This document shows positions 18,849 through 27,749 of a stretch of DNA of 64,000 nt, one piece after another. The DNA is from Candidatus Eiseniibacteriota bacterium (lineage in GTDB: Bacteria > Eisenbacteria > RBG-16-71-46 > CAIMUX01 > VGJL01), in assembly GCA_041946735.1 (NCBI GenBank), contig JBHGAY010000016.1, positions 63,157 to 127,156 of the forward strand, given 5' to 3'. Numbering within the stretch: position 1 is the first letter of the stretch; the number at the start of each line of letters is the position of its first letter. The notes beneath the pieces were generated by a model. The model saw only the letters and a program-made list of their open reading frames with translations. It was not told where the DNA came from and did not search any database. Both the position numbers and the translations under genes were made by a program.

Positions 18849-21054
18849 GGGGAAGCTCCCAGATTCGGACGGTCTGGATCGGCGTCTGCGGCGGTAACTC
18901 GGCGAGCGAGATGACCGGCAGGCGCGGGAGTGTCGGCTCGATCAGCTTGCGGATCCCGACGCGCAGCGAGGGCGGTGTCACGAGCGGCGGGACCTGGCCG
19001 TCCCGCTTCTGCTCGTTCGTGATCTTCGAGAGCGACTCGAGCGCGCGGGCGAGCTGCTCCGGCTCGAGCGCTGTCCGCTGCCCCTCGCCGGCGGGCGCGA
19101 CGCGCGGGCTGAAGAGCTGCATCAGGGCGACCTCGAGGCGCGGTCCCACCGTGACCGCCTGCAGCGGCCGGTCGGTCCCGCCGAGCATTTGCACAATCGT
19201 GAGCGAGAGCGCGCGGCGCACCTGCTCCGCCAGCGCCTCGGGATCCTTCGTCATCTCGGCCGCGTCGGAGAGCGTCTCGAGGATCGCCGCGAGATCGCGG
19301 ATCGGGATCCCTTCGCGCAGCAGCTTCTGCAGCACGCGATGGACGGTGCCGAGCGAGACGCGGTTGGGGATCACGTCCTCGACGAGGGCCGGGTTCGTCT
19401 CCTTCAGGCCGTCGAGCAGCTCGCGGGTCGCCTGGCGCGTGAGCAGCTCCGCGGCATGATCGCGGATCGTCTCCATCAGGTGCGTCGCGAGGACGGCCGG
19501 CGGCTCGACGACGGTGTAGCCGCTCGCCTCCGCCTGGCTCCGCCGCTCCGGACCGATCCAGACGGCGGGGATTCCGAAGCTCGGATCGCGCGTCGCGAGC
19601 CCGTCGACGGCGAGCGCGGAGCCGGTCGTGTCGAGCGCAAGGAGATGCCGAGGCAGCAGCTCGCCCGAGGCGACCCGCACGCCGCGCAGCCGGATCACGT
19701 ACTCGTTGCCTGAAAGCTGGATGTTGTCGCGGATCCGCGCCGGCGGGACGATCATCCCCAGCTCGAACGCGAGCTGCTTGCGCAGGATTCCGATCCGCTG
19801 CAGCAGGTCTCCGGACTGCGATTCGTCGACGAGCGGCACGAGCGCGTAGCCGATCTCCAGCTCCAGCGGCTCGACCTCGACCACCTCGCGCGGGTCCGGC
19901 GTGCCGGCGGGCGGAGCGCCGGACGGGATCGCGGCGTTCGAGCCCGCTGCGCCCGCCCCGCGCGCGTCCGCGTTCGCGGTCGCGCGCTGTCGCCGCGAAA
20001 CCAGGTACGCGACGCCGCCCGCCACGCCGGCGAGCAGCAGGAACGGCGCGGCGGGGAGCCCCGGGACGATCGCGAAGAGCGCGAGGATCGCGCCCGCGGT
20101 GCCGATGGCGCGCGGGTTGCGCGTGAGCTGGTTGCCGAGCGAGGGGCCCATCGCCATCCCGCCCGAGCCGTACGTCACGAGAATGCCTGCCGCCGTCGAG
20201 ACGATCAGCGCCGGGATCTGCGTCACGAGGCCGTCGCCGACGGTGAGGGAGCTATAGGTCTGGAGCGACTCGCCCGCGGAAAGTCCCTGCTGCGTCATGC
20301 CGATGACGAAGCCGCCGATCAGGTTGATCGCCGTGATCAGGATGCCGGCGATCGCGTCGCCTCGCACGAACTTCGCCGCGCCGTCCATCGAGCCGTAGAA
20401 GTCGGCGTAGCGGCTGATCTCCTCGCGACGCCGACGCGCCTCCATCTCGTCGATCAGACCGGCGCCCAGGTCGGCGTCGATCGACATCTGCCGTCCCGGC
20501 ATCGCATCGAGAGTGAAGCGTGCGGCGACTTCGGCGATGCGGCCCGCCCCCTTCGTGATGACGACGAAGTTGATGACGACCAGAATCAGGAAGATCACGA
20601 GCCCGACGACCGTGTTGCCGCCGATCACGAAGCTGCCGAAAGCGGAGATCACCTTGCCGGCGTGCCCCGTGCTGAGGATCAACCGCGTGCTGCTGACGTT
20701 CAGGCCGAGGCGCAGCAGCGTGATCAGGAGCAGCAGGCTCGGGAAGATGCTGAACTCCAGCGGGTCGCGCGCGGAGAGGACGACCAGAAGGATCACGATC
20801 GACAGCCCGAAGCTGAGCGCCAGGAACGCGTCGAGCAGAAACGGTGGCAGCGGGACGATCAGGAGCGCCACGACGGCGACGACGCCGATCGCGAGGTAGG
20901 TCTCGATCGTCGGCGAGATCGACAGGCGCAAGCGGGCGGGGGCGGTGGGCTCGGAGCGGCCGGCGCCGCGCGAGGGCGTGGTCCGTCCCGCCGGACTGCC
21001 GGAGGCGGTCGAGACGACCGGCGCGGCGGCCTGCGCGAGCGTGACTTCGCTCAT
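18838..21054 (-). CDS. flhA: Flagellar export gate protein FlhA
   Basis: FPSLLL..LNVSSTR, RIAEVAARFTLDAMPGRQMSIDADL, FYGSMDGAAKFVRGDAIAG. Confidence 0.97.
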   Translation of the reverse strand: MSEVTLAQAAAPVVSTASGSPAGRTTPSRGAGRSEPTAPARLRLSISPTIETYLAIGVVAVVALLIVPLPPFLLDAFLALSFGLSIVILLVVLSARDPLEFSIFPSLLLLITLLRLGLNVSSTRLILSTGHAGKVISAFGSFVIGGNTVVGLVIFLILVVINFVVITKGAGRIAEVAARFTLDAMPGRQMSIDADLGAGLIDEMEARRRREEISRYADFYGSMDGAAKFVRGDAIAGILITAINLIGGFVIGMTQQGLSAGESLQTYSSLTVGDGLVTQIPALIVSTAAGILVTYGSGGMAMGPSLGNQLTRNPRAIGTAGAILALFAIVPGLPAAPFLLLAGVAGGVAYLVSRRQRATANADARGAGAAGSNAAIPSGAPPAGTPDPREVVEVEPLELEIGYALVPLVDESQSGDLLQRIGILRKQLAFELGMIVPPARIRDNIQLSGNEYVIRLRGVRVASGELLPRHLLALDTTGSALAVDGLATRDPSFGIPAVWIGPERRSQAEASGYTVVEPPAVLATHLMETIRDHAAELLTRQATRELLDGLKETNPALVEDVIPNRVSLGTVHRVLQKLLREGIPIRDLAAILETLSDAAEMTKDPEALAEQVRRALSLTIVQMLGGTDRPLQAVTVGPRLEVALMQLFSPRVAPAGEGQRTALEPEQLARALESLSKITNEQKRDGQVPPLVTPPSLRVGIRKLIEPTLPRLPVISLAELPPQTPIQTVRIWELPHAA

Positions 21055-22202
21055 ACGGTGGCCCTCGCGCCGGCTCCCGCGGCGCCGGACGCGGCAGAGC
21101 CGGCCGAGCGGGCGATGGCCTCGCGCATCGAGCGGAGGCCCCCGCGCTGCCGGTAGACGTAGGCTAGGATCTCGGCCACCGCGGCGTAGAGCGCCGGCGG
21201 GATCGGCTTGCCGATCTTCCCCGTGGCGAGAAGCGCGCGCGCGACCGGCTTGTTCTCGACGATCGGCACGCGGGCGTCGTTGGCGAGCGCGCGGATCCGC
21301 TCGGCAAGCTTTCGCTGTCCCATCGCGACGACGATCGGCGCGGCCGCCTTCGCCGGGTCGTACTTCAGCGCCACGGCGATCCGCGTCGGGTTGGTGACGA
21401 CGACGTCGGCGAGCTTCACCTGCTGGAGCATCCGACGCCGCGCCTCGGCCCGCATCATCGAGCGGATCCGGCTCTTCACGAGCGGATCCCCTTCGCTCTC
21501 GCGATGCTCGTAGATCACCTCCTGGCGCGTCATCCGCAGGCTCTTCTCCATCCGCCAGTGCTGGAACGCGTAGTCGAAGAAGGCGATCGCGAGGAACGCG
21601 AAGCCGACGAGGACGGCGAGGCGCAGCAGGAGCGAGCGGATCACGAGCGCGATCTCGTGCGGGCCTGATTCGGAGAGCGACATCAGTTCCGGCCAGCTCC
21701 GCCGGATCATCACGTAGGTCAGCAGCCCGAGAATGGTCAACTTCACGAGCGACTTCGCCAGCGTGAAGAGCGACTCGACGCTCGCGATCCTTTTGAAACC
21801 CGCGATCGGATCGAGGAGCGAGAAGTTCGGCTGGAGCGGCTTGAGCGTCAGGACCCCGCGCGCCTGCCAGGCGCTCACCGCGAGGACGATCAGCGTGAGC
21901 CCGACCAGGAACGGCAGGATCGCCCGGGCGAAGCCGAAGCCGAGGGAACGCACGATATCGACCGCGCCCGCGGCGGTGAGCGGATCGGCGGCGAGGCGGG
22001 CGGCGGAGTCATGCGTGAACTGGACGGCGAACGCGTAGATCGGCGGCCCGCCGGCTGCAGAGAGCAAGAGCGCGCCGCCGAGAATGCCGATCGCCGCGTT
22101 CAGCTCGGGACTTCGCGCGACCTTCCCTTCCTCGCGCGCCTGCTGCCGGCGTCGCGGGGTCGGGGCTTCGGTTCTCTCCTGGCCACCCGAATCTTCGGAC
22201 AT
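21051..22202 (-). CDS. flhB: Flagellar export switch protein FlhB
   Basis: RTEAPTPRR..AREEG, SEGDP.VKSR, VVVTNPTR.AVALKY, VA.IL..VY. Confidence 0.96.
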   Translation of the reverse strand: MSEDSGGQERTEAPTPRRRQQAREEGKVARSPELNAAIGILGGALLLSAAGGPPIYAFAVQFTHDSAARLAADPLTAAGAVDIVRSLGFGFARAILPFLVGLTLIVLAVSAWQARGVLTLKPLQPNFSLLDPIAGFKRIASVESLFTLAKSLVKLTILGLLTYVMIRRSWPELMSLSESGPHEIALVIRSLLLRLAVLVGFAFLAIAFFDYAFQHWRMEKSLRMTRQEVIYEHRESEGDPLVKSRIRSMMRAEARRRMLQQVKLADVVVTNPTRIAVALKYDPAKAAAPIVVAMGQRKLAERIRALANDARVPIVENKPVARALLATGKIGKPIPPALYAAVAEILAYVYRQRGGLRSMREAIARSAGSAASGAAGAGARATV

Positions 22203-22219
22203 CCCTCGCTTCTCCTAGC

Positions 22220-23032
22220 TCAGCTTCCGCCGCCGAGCGGGCGGAACGCGTCGAGGACCGCTTGCACATTGCTGTCGAGACCCTGCATCCATCCGCCGAT
22301 CGTCGCGGCGATCAGCGGCAGGGCGGCGCCGACCATCACGAGGCCGATGCCGATCGAGAGCGGGAAGGCGACCATCATCGTGTTGATCTGCGGGACGGCG
22401 CGATGCAGGAGCGCCATCGCGAGGTTGACGAGGATCAGCGTCACCATGACGGGCGCCGCCGCGGAGAGCGCGAGCGCGAAGAGTCGCCCGAAGAGGGCGA
22501 GGATGCCGGCCGCGCCGTCCGTGAACGCGAAGGGATGGCCGGGCGGCAGCGCCTGCAGGCTGGCCGCCAGCCCGCGCAACAGCACGAGGTGGCCGTTCGT
22601 GAGGACGAAAATCAGCAGCGCGAGAGTGCTCTGGATCTGCCCGACGCCGGCCGGCTGCGGCTCGGCCATCGGCGAGAGGACCGGCCCGAGCGAGAGACCC
22701 ATCTGGATCGAGATCACTTCGCCGGCGAGCGAGGCGCCCTGGACCAGCATCGCCGCGGTCAGTCCCACCGCGAGCCCGAGCAGGAACTCCATCGCGAGCG
22801 GCAGCGGAAGCTCGATCGCCTGCTCCGGCATCGCGGCCGTCGGCGCGAGCGGCAGGAGGAGGATCGTGATCAGGAGCGCGATCGCGGCGCGCGCCACGCG
22901 CGGGAGCGCGGAGAGCGACCAAAGCGGCGCGGCGATCATGAGCCCGCCGACCCGCGCCGAGACGAACGCGAACGTCGGCCAGCGGTCCGGCGCGAGCAGC
23001 TCGACCAGGAAGCCGGGGATCGGGAGGTTCAT
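22220..23032 (-). CDS. fliR: Flagellar export protein FliR
   Basis: Multi-TM, AGEVISIQMGL, NGHL, RAVPQIN...AFP; ATGA overlap with fliQ. Confidence 0.93.
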   Translation of the reverse strand: MNLPIPGFLVELLAPDRWPTFAFVSARVGGLMIAAPLWSLSALPRVARAAIALLITILLLPLAPTAAMPEQAIELPLPLAMEFLLGLAVGLTAAMLVQGASLAGEVISIQMGLSLGPVLSPMAEPQPAGVGQIQSTLALLIFVLTNGHLVLLRGLAASLQALPPGHPFAFTDGAAGILALFGRLFALALSAAAPVMVTLILVNLAMALLHRAVPQINTMMVAFPLSIGIGLVMVGAALPLIAATIGGWMQGLDSNVQAVLDAFRPLGGGS

Positions 23033-23298
23033 CCGGCGAGCGACCCCATCTGGTTGACGACGGTGACGAGGTACTCGACGAGCCGGACGATGATCCACGG
23101 CAGCGCGAAGAGGAACACGGCCCCGAGCGCGAGGAGCTTCGGCACGAACGTCAATGTCTGTTCCTGGATCTGCGTGACCGCCTGGACGAGACTGATCAGG
23201 ATGCCGACGGCGAGCGCCGTCACGAGCATTGGCGCGGAGACGAGCGCTGCGAGCATGACGGCGCGCCGGACCAGCTCGACCGCGAAATCGCCGGACAT
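23029..23298 (-). CDS. fliQ: Flagellar export protein FliQ
   Basis: QAVTQIQEQTLTFVPKL signature. Confidence 0.96.
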   Translation of the reverse strand: MSGDFAVELVRRAVMLAALVSAPMLVTALAVGILISLVQAVTQIQEQTLTFVPKLLALGAVFLFALPWIIVRLVEYLVTVVNQMGSLAG

Positions 23299-23323
23299 CG
23301 TGCTCGCGATCCTCCCTCTCCTG

Positions 23324-25282
23324 CTAGTGGAAGCTGGCGACCAGGTTGCGGACGACCAAGGTCCAGCCGTCCGCGAGGACGAACAGCAGGAGCTTGAACG
23401 GCAGCGAGACCATCATCGGCGGCAGCATGAACATTCCGAGCGACATCAGGACCGAGGCGACGATCAGGTCCACGACGACGAACGGCAGGAACAGGACGAA
23501 ACCCATCTGGAAGGCGGCGCGCAGCTCGCTCGTCACGAAAGCGCTCACCACGGTCACGGTCGGGATCTGATCGACCGAGTCGACCTCTTCGACCCCGCTC
23601 ATTTCGCTGAACATCGCCAGGTCCTTCTCGCGAGTGTTGACGAGCATGAACTCGCGGAACGGCTTGACCCCTTCGCGGAACGCCTCCTGCTGGGTGATCC
23701 GTCCGTCGAGATACGGCTTCAGACCGGCTTGGTGCGCCTGCTGCAGGACCGGGTTCATCACGACCCCGGTCAGGAGGATCGCGAGCGCGACCAGGATCTG
23801 TCCCGGCGGCGTCGTCTGCGTGCCGAGCGCGGGGCGGAGGAAGTGCAGGACGATCAGGATCCGCGTGAAGCTCGTCATCAGGAGGAAGAGGGCCGGCAGG
23901 AGCGTCATCGCGCCGATCAGGACGACGAGGCCTACGGCACCCGAGAGGTGGAGCACGTCTCCGCCCTGGCCGATCGTCACCTCGACCTGCGGCGGGACCG
24001 GCCCGCGGACGCCCAGGCGGCGAGCCTCGGCCGAGAGCGCGGCCGCCTCGCCGTCGATCACGGACGCGTCGCCCGGGTCGAGGGCCGGCGCGGGGATCGT
24101 CACGTCGGTCGGGATCGTCTCGACGGTGCGCGGCGTGGGATCGGCGTTCGCGGGGACGTCGGCCACGGGGGACGAAGCGCTGTCTTCCGGCGCAGCGGCC
24201 GCCTCGCTCGCGGCCGTGGATGCGGCGGTGGTGTCGAACACCCCGTCGTGAACGAGCTCGAGCGCGAGGGGCGCTTGCGCAAGCGTGTCGGCGAGCGCGG
24301 GGGCCTGGAGGTCGGCCGGGACGTCGACCTGGAGATCGACGACGGGAGGAGCCGCCTCTTCCTGCGCCGCCGCGACGGTCGCGAAGGCGAGGAGAGCGAC
24401 GACGATCGCCGGGAGGAACGGATCGTGCGCGTGAAGGCGCGCGAGCGCGAGCGAAGGCCCGGGGCCGATGCGGCTCGCCGCGTCCGGCTTCTCGAGGAGG
24501 CGTGGGCGGCGGCGGGCGGCCGGAGCGGCGGCCGGAACGGCCGGCATCGGCGGTGGTGTCGAAGGCGCGGCTGCGGCCTCTCGCCTGGCGGTAGCCGTCT
24601 TTGCCGTCGTGCGGCGCGGCCGCTTCGCTTCGGCCGTCGGCGTCGCCAGCTTCGGCGTCGCCGGCTTCGCAACCGATGTCCGGCACGCGGTTCTCTTCCG
24701 CGGCGCGGGAGGCGGCGCCAACGGCATCGGAGCGGAAACCGCCGGGCGTCGCAGCGGCGTGAGAGCGGCGACGCGGATCGCGCCCGCCGCAGCGGTGAGG
24801 CGACCGGCGTTCACGATCCCTTCGAGGCCGCGCAGGCCGTGCAGGCCGCGCAACCCGCGCACGCCGGGCAACCCTCGCAGGCCGCGCAGCCCGCCGAGCT
24901 GCATCTCGAGCGCGCGCCCGAAGGAGATCGCGCCGCGCCGCTCTGCGGATGGTGCCGCTGAGTTCTCGGCAGCCCGCTCCTCGGCAGCGCCCCCGTCGAC
25001 GCCGGCGAGTGCATCGCGGCGCTCGTCGCCCGACAGCTCCACCAGCATCCGCGAACCGCCTTCGCTCGTGGAGATGACGAGCAAGCGCGGTCCCACCTGG
25101 ATGAGAGCGATCCCCTGCTTCGGTCCGAGCGAGACGCGCTTGAGAACACGGAGCGTGAGGCCGCGCGCCGCGGTGCTTCCCGTCCCCTGCATCCGTCGCA
25201 GCAGGTGCAGGCTCGCGAAGAGGAGGCCGAGCGTCAGCAGCAGCGCGCCGGCCATCCCCGGGATTCCGCTTCCTCCTGTCAC
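23324..25282 (-). CDS. fliP: FliO-FliP fusion with a long Ala/Pro/Arg-rich linker
   Basis: GTG at 25282 overlaps the fliN stop; FliO-like N-terminus (TM then LRVLKRVSLGPKQGIALIQVG); FliP C-terminus (MTSFTRI, PPGQIL, SELRAAFQMGF, MFMLPP..SLPFKLLLFVLADGW); one open frame. Confidence 0.9.
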   Translation of the reverse strand: MTGGSGIPGMAGALLLTLGLLFASLHLLRRMQGTGSTAARGLTLRVLKRVSLGPKQGIALIQVGPRLLVISTSEGGSRMLVELSGDERRDALAGVDGGAAEERAAENSAAPSAERRGAISFGRALEMQLGGLRGLRGLPGVRGLRGLHGLRGLEGIVNAGRLTAAAGAIRVAALTPLRRPAVSAPMPLAPPPAPRKRTACRTSVAKPATPKLATPTAEAKRPRRTTAKTATARREAAAAPSTPPPMPAVPAAAPAARRRPRLLEKPDAASRIGPGPSLALARLHAHDPFLPAIVVALLAFATVAAAQEEAAPPVVDLQVDVPADLQAPALADTLAQAPLALELVHDGVFDTTAASTAASEAAAAPEDSASSPVADVPANADPTPRTVETIPTDVTIPAPALDPGDASVIDGEAAALSAEARRLGVRGPVPPQVEVTIGQGGDVLHLSGAVGLVVLIGAMTLLPALFLLMTSFTRILIVLHFLRPALGTQTTPPGQILVALAILLTGVVMNPVLQQAHQAGLKPYLDGRITQQEAFREGVKPFREFMLVNTREKDLAMFSEMSGVEEVDSVDQIPTVTVVSAFVTSELRAAFQMGFVLFLPFVVVDLIVASVLMSLGMFMLPPMMVSLPFKLLLFVLADGWTLVVRNLVASFH

Positions 25283-25650
25283 GCCGCCGCCGACGTCCCG
25301 CACCCCGGCGCGGCGCCGCCCAGGAGCCTCGTAAGGCGGACGCCGAAGCGATCGCCGACGACCACGACCTCGCCCTGCGCGAGCTTCCGGTCGCTGACGT
25401 AGACGTCGACCGGCTCGCCGACCATCCTCTCGAGCGGGATCACCGATCCGGCGGAGAGCTGCAGGAGATCCTGCACCGTCATCTCCGTCCGTCCAATCTC
25501 GATCACGACCGGGATCGAGATGTCCAGCAGGCTGGCGAGACCCGCGCTTCCGTCTTCGGTCCCGCCACCGGCGGCGACCGCTCCGTCCGGGGCGCCCTGC
25601 TCCTGCGACCACGCCGCCTGCGCCTGCGATTCGCTCGGCGATTGCTCCAT
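25279..25650 (-). CDS. fliN: Flagellar motor switch protein FliN
   Basis: LLDISIPVVIEIGR..GSVIPLE..GEPVD..GEVVVVGDRFGVR. Confidence 0.95.
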   Translation of the reverse strand: MEQSPSESQAQAAWSQEQGAPDGAVAAGGGTEDGSAGLASLLDISIPVVIEIGRTEMTVQDLLQLSAGSVIPLERMVGEPVDVYVSDRKLAQGEVVVVGDRFGVRLTRLLGGAAPGCGTSAAA

Positions 25651-25652
25651 GC

Positions 25653-26801
25653 TCACGACACCCTCCCTTTGCGAGCGCGCGGACCCTGCGGCGGGCCCGA
25701 CGCGGGAATGGCCTGCACGATCCGGACGGCGAGCTGCTTGCGATCGCGACCGGCGGCGGCGAGATAGCGAAGCGATCCGTTCAGGCGGACTTCGAGTAGC
25801 GCGTCGGCCGGGATGCCGGTGTCGATCGTCCGGCCGGGATGGAGAGACGCGACCTCGCGCGCGGACAGCACGAAGCGGGGGAGCCGCGCATCGACGGTGA
25901 GCCGGACCTGCGCGAGCGAGCTGAGGATCGCCTCGCTCTCCGGCCCGCCGGCCGCCGTCGCCGCGCCATCCGGATCGCCTGCGGTCGCGCCGTTGGCAGC
26001 GACAGCGCCGCCCGCGCGCCCATGCGCCACGCCATCCGCCCGCTGCAGCATGGGCGCGACCACCCTCATCGGCGCGGCGTACACGAGCGACCCGCGCGTC
26101 GCGCCGGCGCTCACGCGGAAGGTCGCGAGGAACATCTCCTCCTCGGGCGCCGGCAGCGGGAGCATCTCCGGATCGGCTTCGTGCTGCAGCGGCCGCGCGA
26201 TGAGCTTCCACCGTCCTTCCCAAGCGATCGCGAGCCGCTCGAGGATCGTCTCGGCGAGGGCGCGGATCGTCCCCTCCTCGATCGGCGTCATGCGCCGCCC
26301 GAGCGGGGCCGTCCGCTCGCCCGGACCGCCGAAGGAGCGGTCGATCAGGAACGAGACGAGCGGCGGCGAAAGCTCGATCACGCCATGCTCCGCGCCGCCG
26401 CCATCGCCGCCCGCCCCGAACACGAACGCCGCGCAAGGCGAGGGCAGCGAGGACAGGAAGTCGATCGACGGGACCGATTCGACGCCCGCGAGCGAGATCT
26501 CGATCGGTGTCCGCAGGCGCGTCGACAGGACCGCCTGCGTCGCGGCGGCGAACCGGCCTTGGATGGAGTCGAGGAGCGGGCGCTTGTCGGGCGCGATCGC
26601 CGCCGGACGCGTGAAGTCGTAGGGGACGACGACGACCGGCTCGGCTTGGACGCTCTCCTCGGGCAGACCCTGGACGATCGCGTCGATCTGCCTCTGCGTG
26701 AGGATCGTCGAGAGGATCGTCGCCGGCGCGTTCGCTGCCCGCGTTGTCGTCATCGGCTCCGTCATCGGCTCCGTCATCGGCTTCGCCATCGATGGCCTCA
26801 T
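25653..26801 (-). CDS. fliM: Flagellar motor switch protein FliM
   Basis: LTQRQIDA N-terminal motif, YDFTRP, FGG.G..R.MT.IE, C-terminal SpoA-like domain; start ambiguous (several in-frame ATGs in a 12-bp repeat). Confidence 0.88.
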   Translation of the reverse strand: MRPSMAKPMTEPMTEPMTTTRAANAPATILSTILTQRQIDAIVQGLPEESVQAEPVVVVPYDFTRPAAIAPDKRPLLDSIQGRFAAATQAVLSTRLRTPIEISLAGVESVPSIDFLSSLPSPCAAFVFGAGGDGGGAEHGVIELSPPLVSFLIDRSFGGPGERTAPLGRRMTPIEEGTIRALAETILERLAIAWEGRWKLIARPLQHEADPEMLPLPAPEEEMFLATFRVSAGATRGSLVYAAPMRVVAPMLQRADGVAHGRAGGAVAANGATAGDPDGAATAAGGPESEAILSSLAQVRLTVDARLPRFVLSAREVASLHPGRTIDTGIPADALLEVRLNGSLRYLAAAGRDRKQLAVRIVQAIPASGPPQGPRARKGRVS

Positions 26802-26808
26802 CGCGCGC

Positions 26809-27318
26809 CTACTGCAGGACGAACTGCGGAAGGTAGACACGGATCCAAGCCGGATTGCCGGCGAGCGGAGCGACCGCTTCGCCGAGCATTTGCTTCAAGG
26901 AATCGCGGGCGTAGGGCTGGACGAGCAGCTCCATCCGTTGCGCGGAGAGGAGCGCGGTGATCTCGTCGCGCGCGCGTACCTCGTTCTCGCGGAGCAGCGC
27001 GTCGGACTTCGCGTCGGGAACCTCGAACGCGACCGAGGCCATCAAGAAGCGCGTCCCCTCGGAGCCGGCCGGATTCACGATGACGTTCTCGAGCTGGAAG
27101 ACGGGTCCCCGCACCTCGGCAGCGGCGTGCTCCTGCCCTTGCTTCTGCTTCGATGCCGCCGCCCCGGCGTCCGTCCCCGTGGCTGCCCCCGCCGCCTTCG
27201 ATGCGCGCGCGGCCAGGATCCGAGGACCCACCACCTGGCTGCCCGCCGCCCCGCCAAGAATCAGCGCGCCGATCATCATCCCAAGAAAAAGGAGCTTGTT
27301 GCGTTCGAGCTTGATCAC
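26809..27318 (-). CDS. fliL: Flagellar basal body-associated protein FliL
   Basis: GTG start with AAAGGAG RBS, N-terminal TM, IVNPAGS.GTRFL, RDEI..LLS, VYLPQFVLQ. Confidence 0.92.
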   Translation of the reverse strand: MIKLERNKLLFLGMMIGALILGGAAGSQVVGPRILAARASKAAGAATGTDAGAAASKQKQGQEHAAAEVRGPVFQLENVIVNPAGSEGTRFLMASVAFEVPDAKSDALLRENEVRARDEITALLSAQRMELLVQPYARDSLKQMLGEAVAPLAGNPAWIRVYLPQFVLQ

Positions 27319-27404
27319 CGCCCTTGGTTCTCCTTTCGCCCGCAGTCCCGGCGCCCGCGCGCGCAGGCCACCCCGCACGAGGCGCGTTCCCCCGCATCCC
27401 GCTC

Positions 27405-27420
27405 AGCAATCGGCGTACCA
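27405..27420 (-). promoter_or_regulatory. Sigma54 -24/-12 promoter of the fliL-fliA operon
   Basis: TGGTAC-GCCGA-TTGCT versus consensus TGGCAC-N5-TTGCW, about 87 nt upstream of fliL. Confidence 0.8.
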
Positions 27421-27658
27421 GCGGAGGCAGGGCGGAGCGTCGCCGGCTTGCTGACTCACAACCTTGCCCTGCTCCGTCAGTTACATGCCGGAGGGACTGC
27501 CACACCGCCGATGATTCCCGGACCGCCCCAGCCAGCCTCCACCGTCGGCCCTGCAGGGATTGCCGGGCTCGGGCGGCCGATCTTTCCGGTCGGTCGGGGA
27601 GTTGTTGCCGGTGGGGCAGGTGCAGAAGCGGGCCGGCGGAGCGGGGGAGCCGGCTCCG

Positions 27659-27682
27659 CCGTCGACCGTCGACCGTCGACGG
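27659..27682. repeat. Short heptamer tandem repeat, about 3 x CCGTCGA
   Basis: ccgtcgaccgtcgaccgtcgacgg in the intergenic region upstream of 27750. Confidence 0.55.
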
Positions 27683-27749
27683 ATCCTGCACGTTTCGCTA
27701 AACTCGAGAGGCGCAATTCCAGCAGCGTGTCCTATCTGAAGGGGAAGGG

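Noticed and set aside
22262..24961. 899-aa plus-strand ORF and similar long antisense ORFs (43050..45581, 41482..43341, 31248..33080, 13771..15597)
   Set aside because: These are shadows of real genes in GC-rich DNA: Arg/Ala/Gly-rich with no recognisable motifs.
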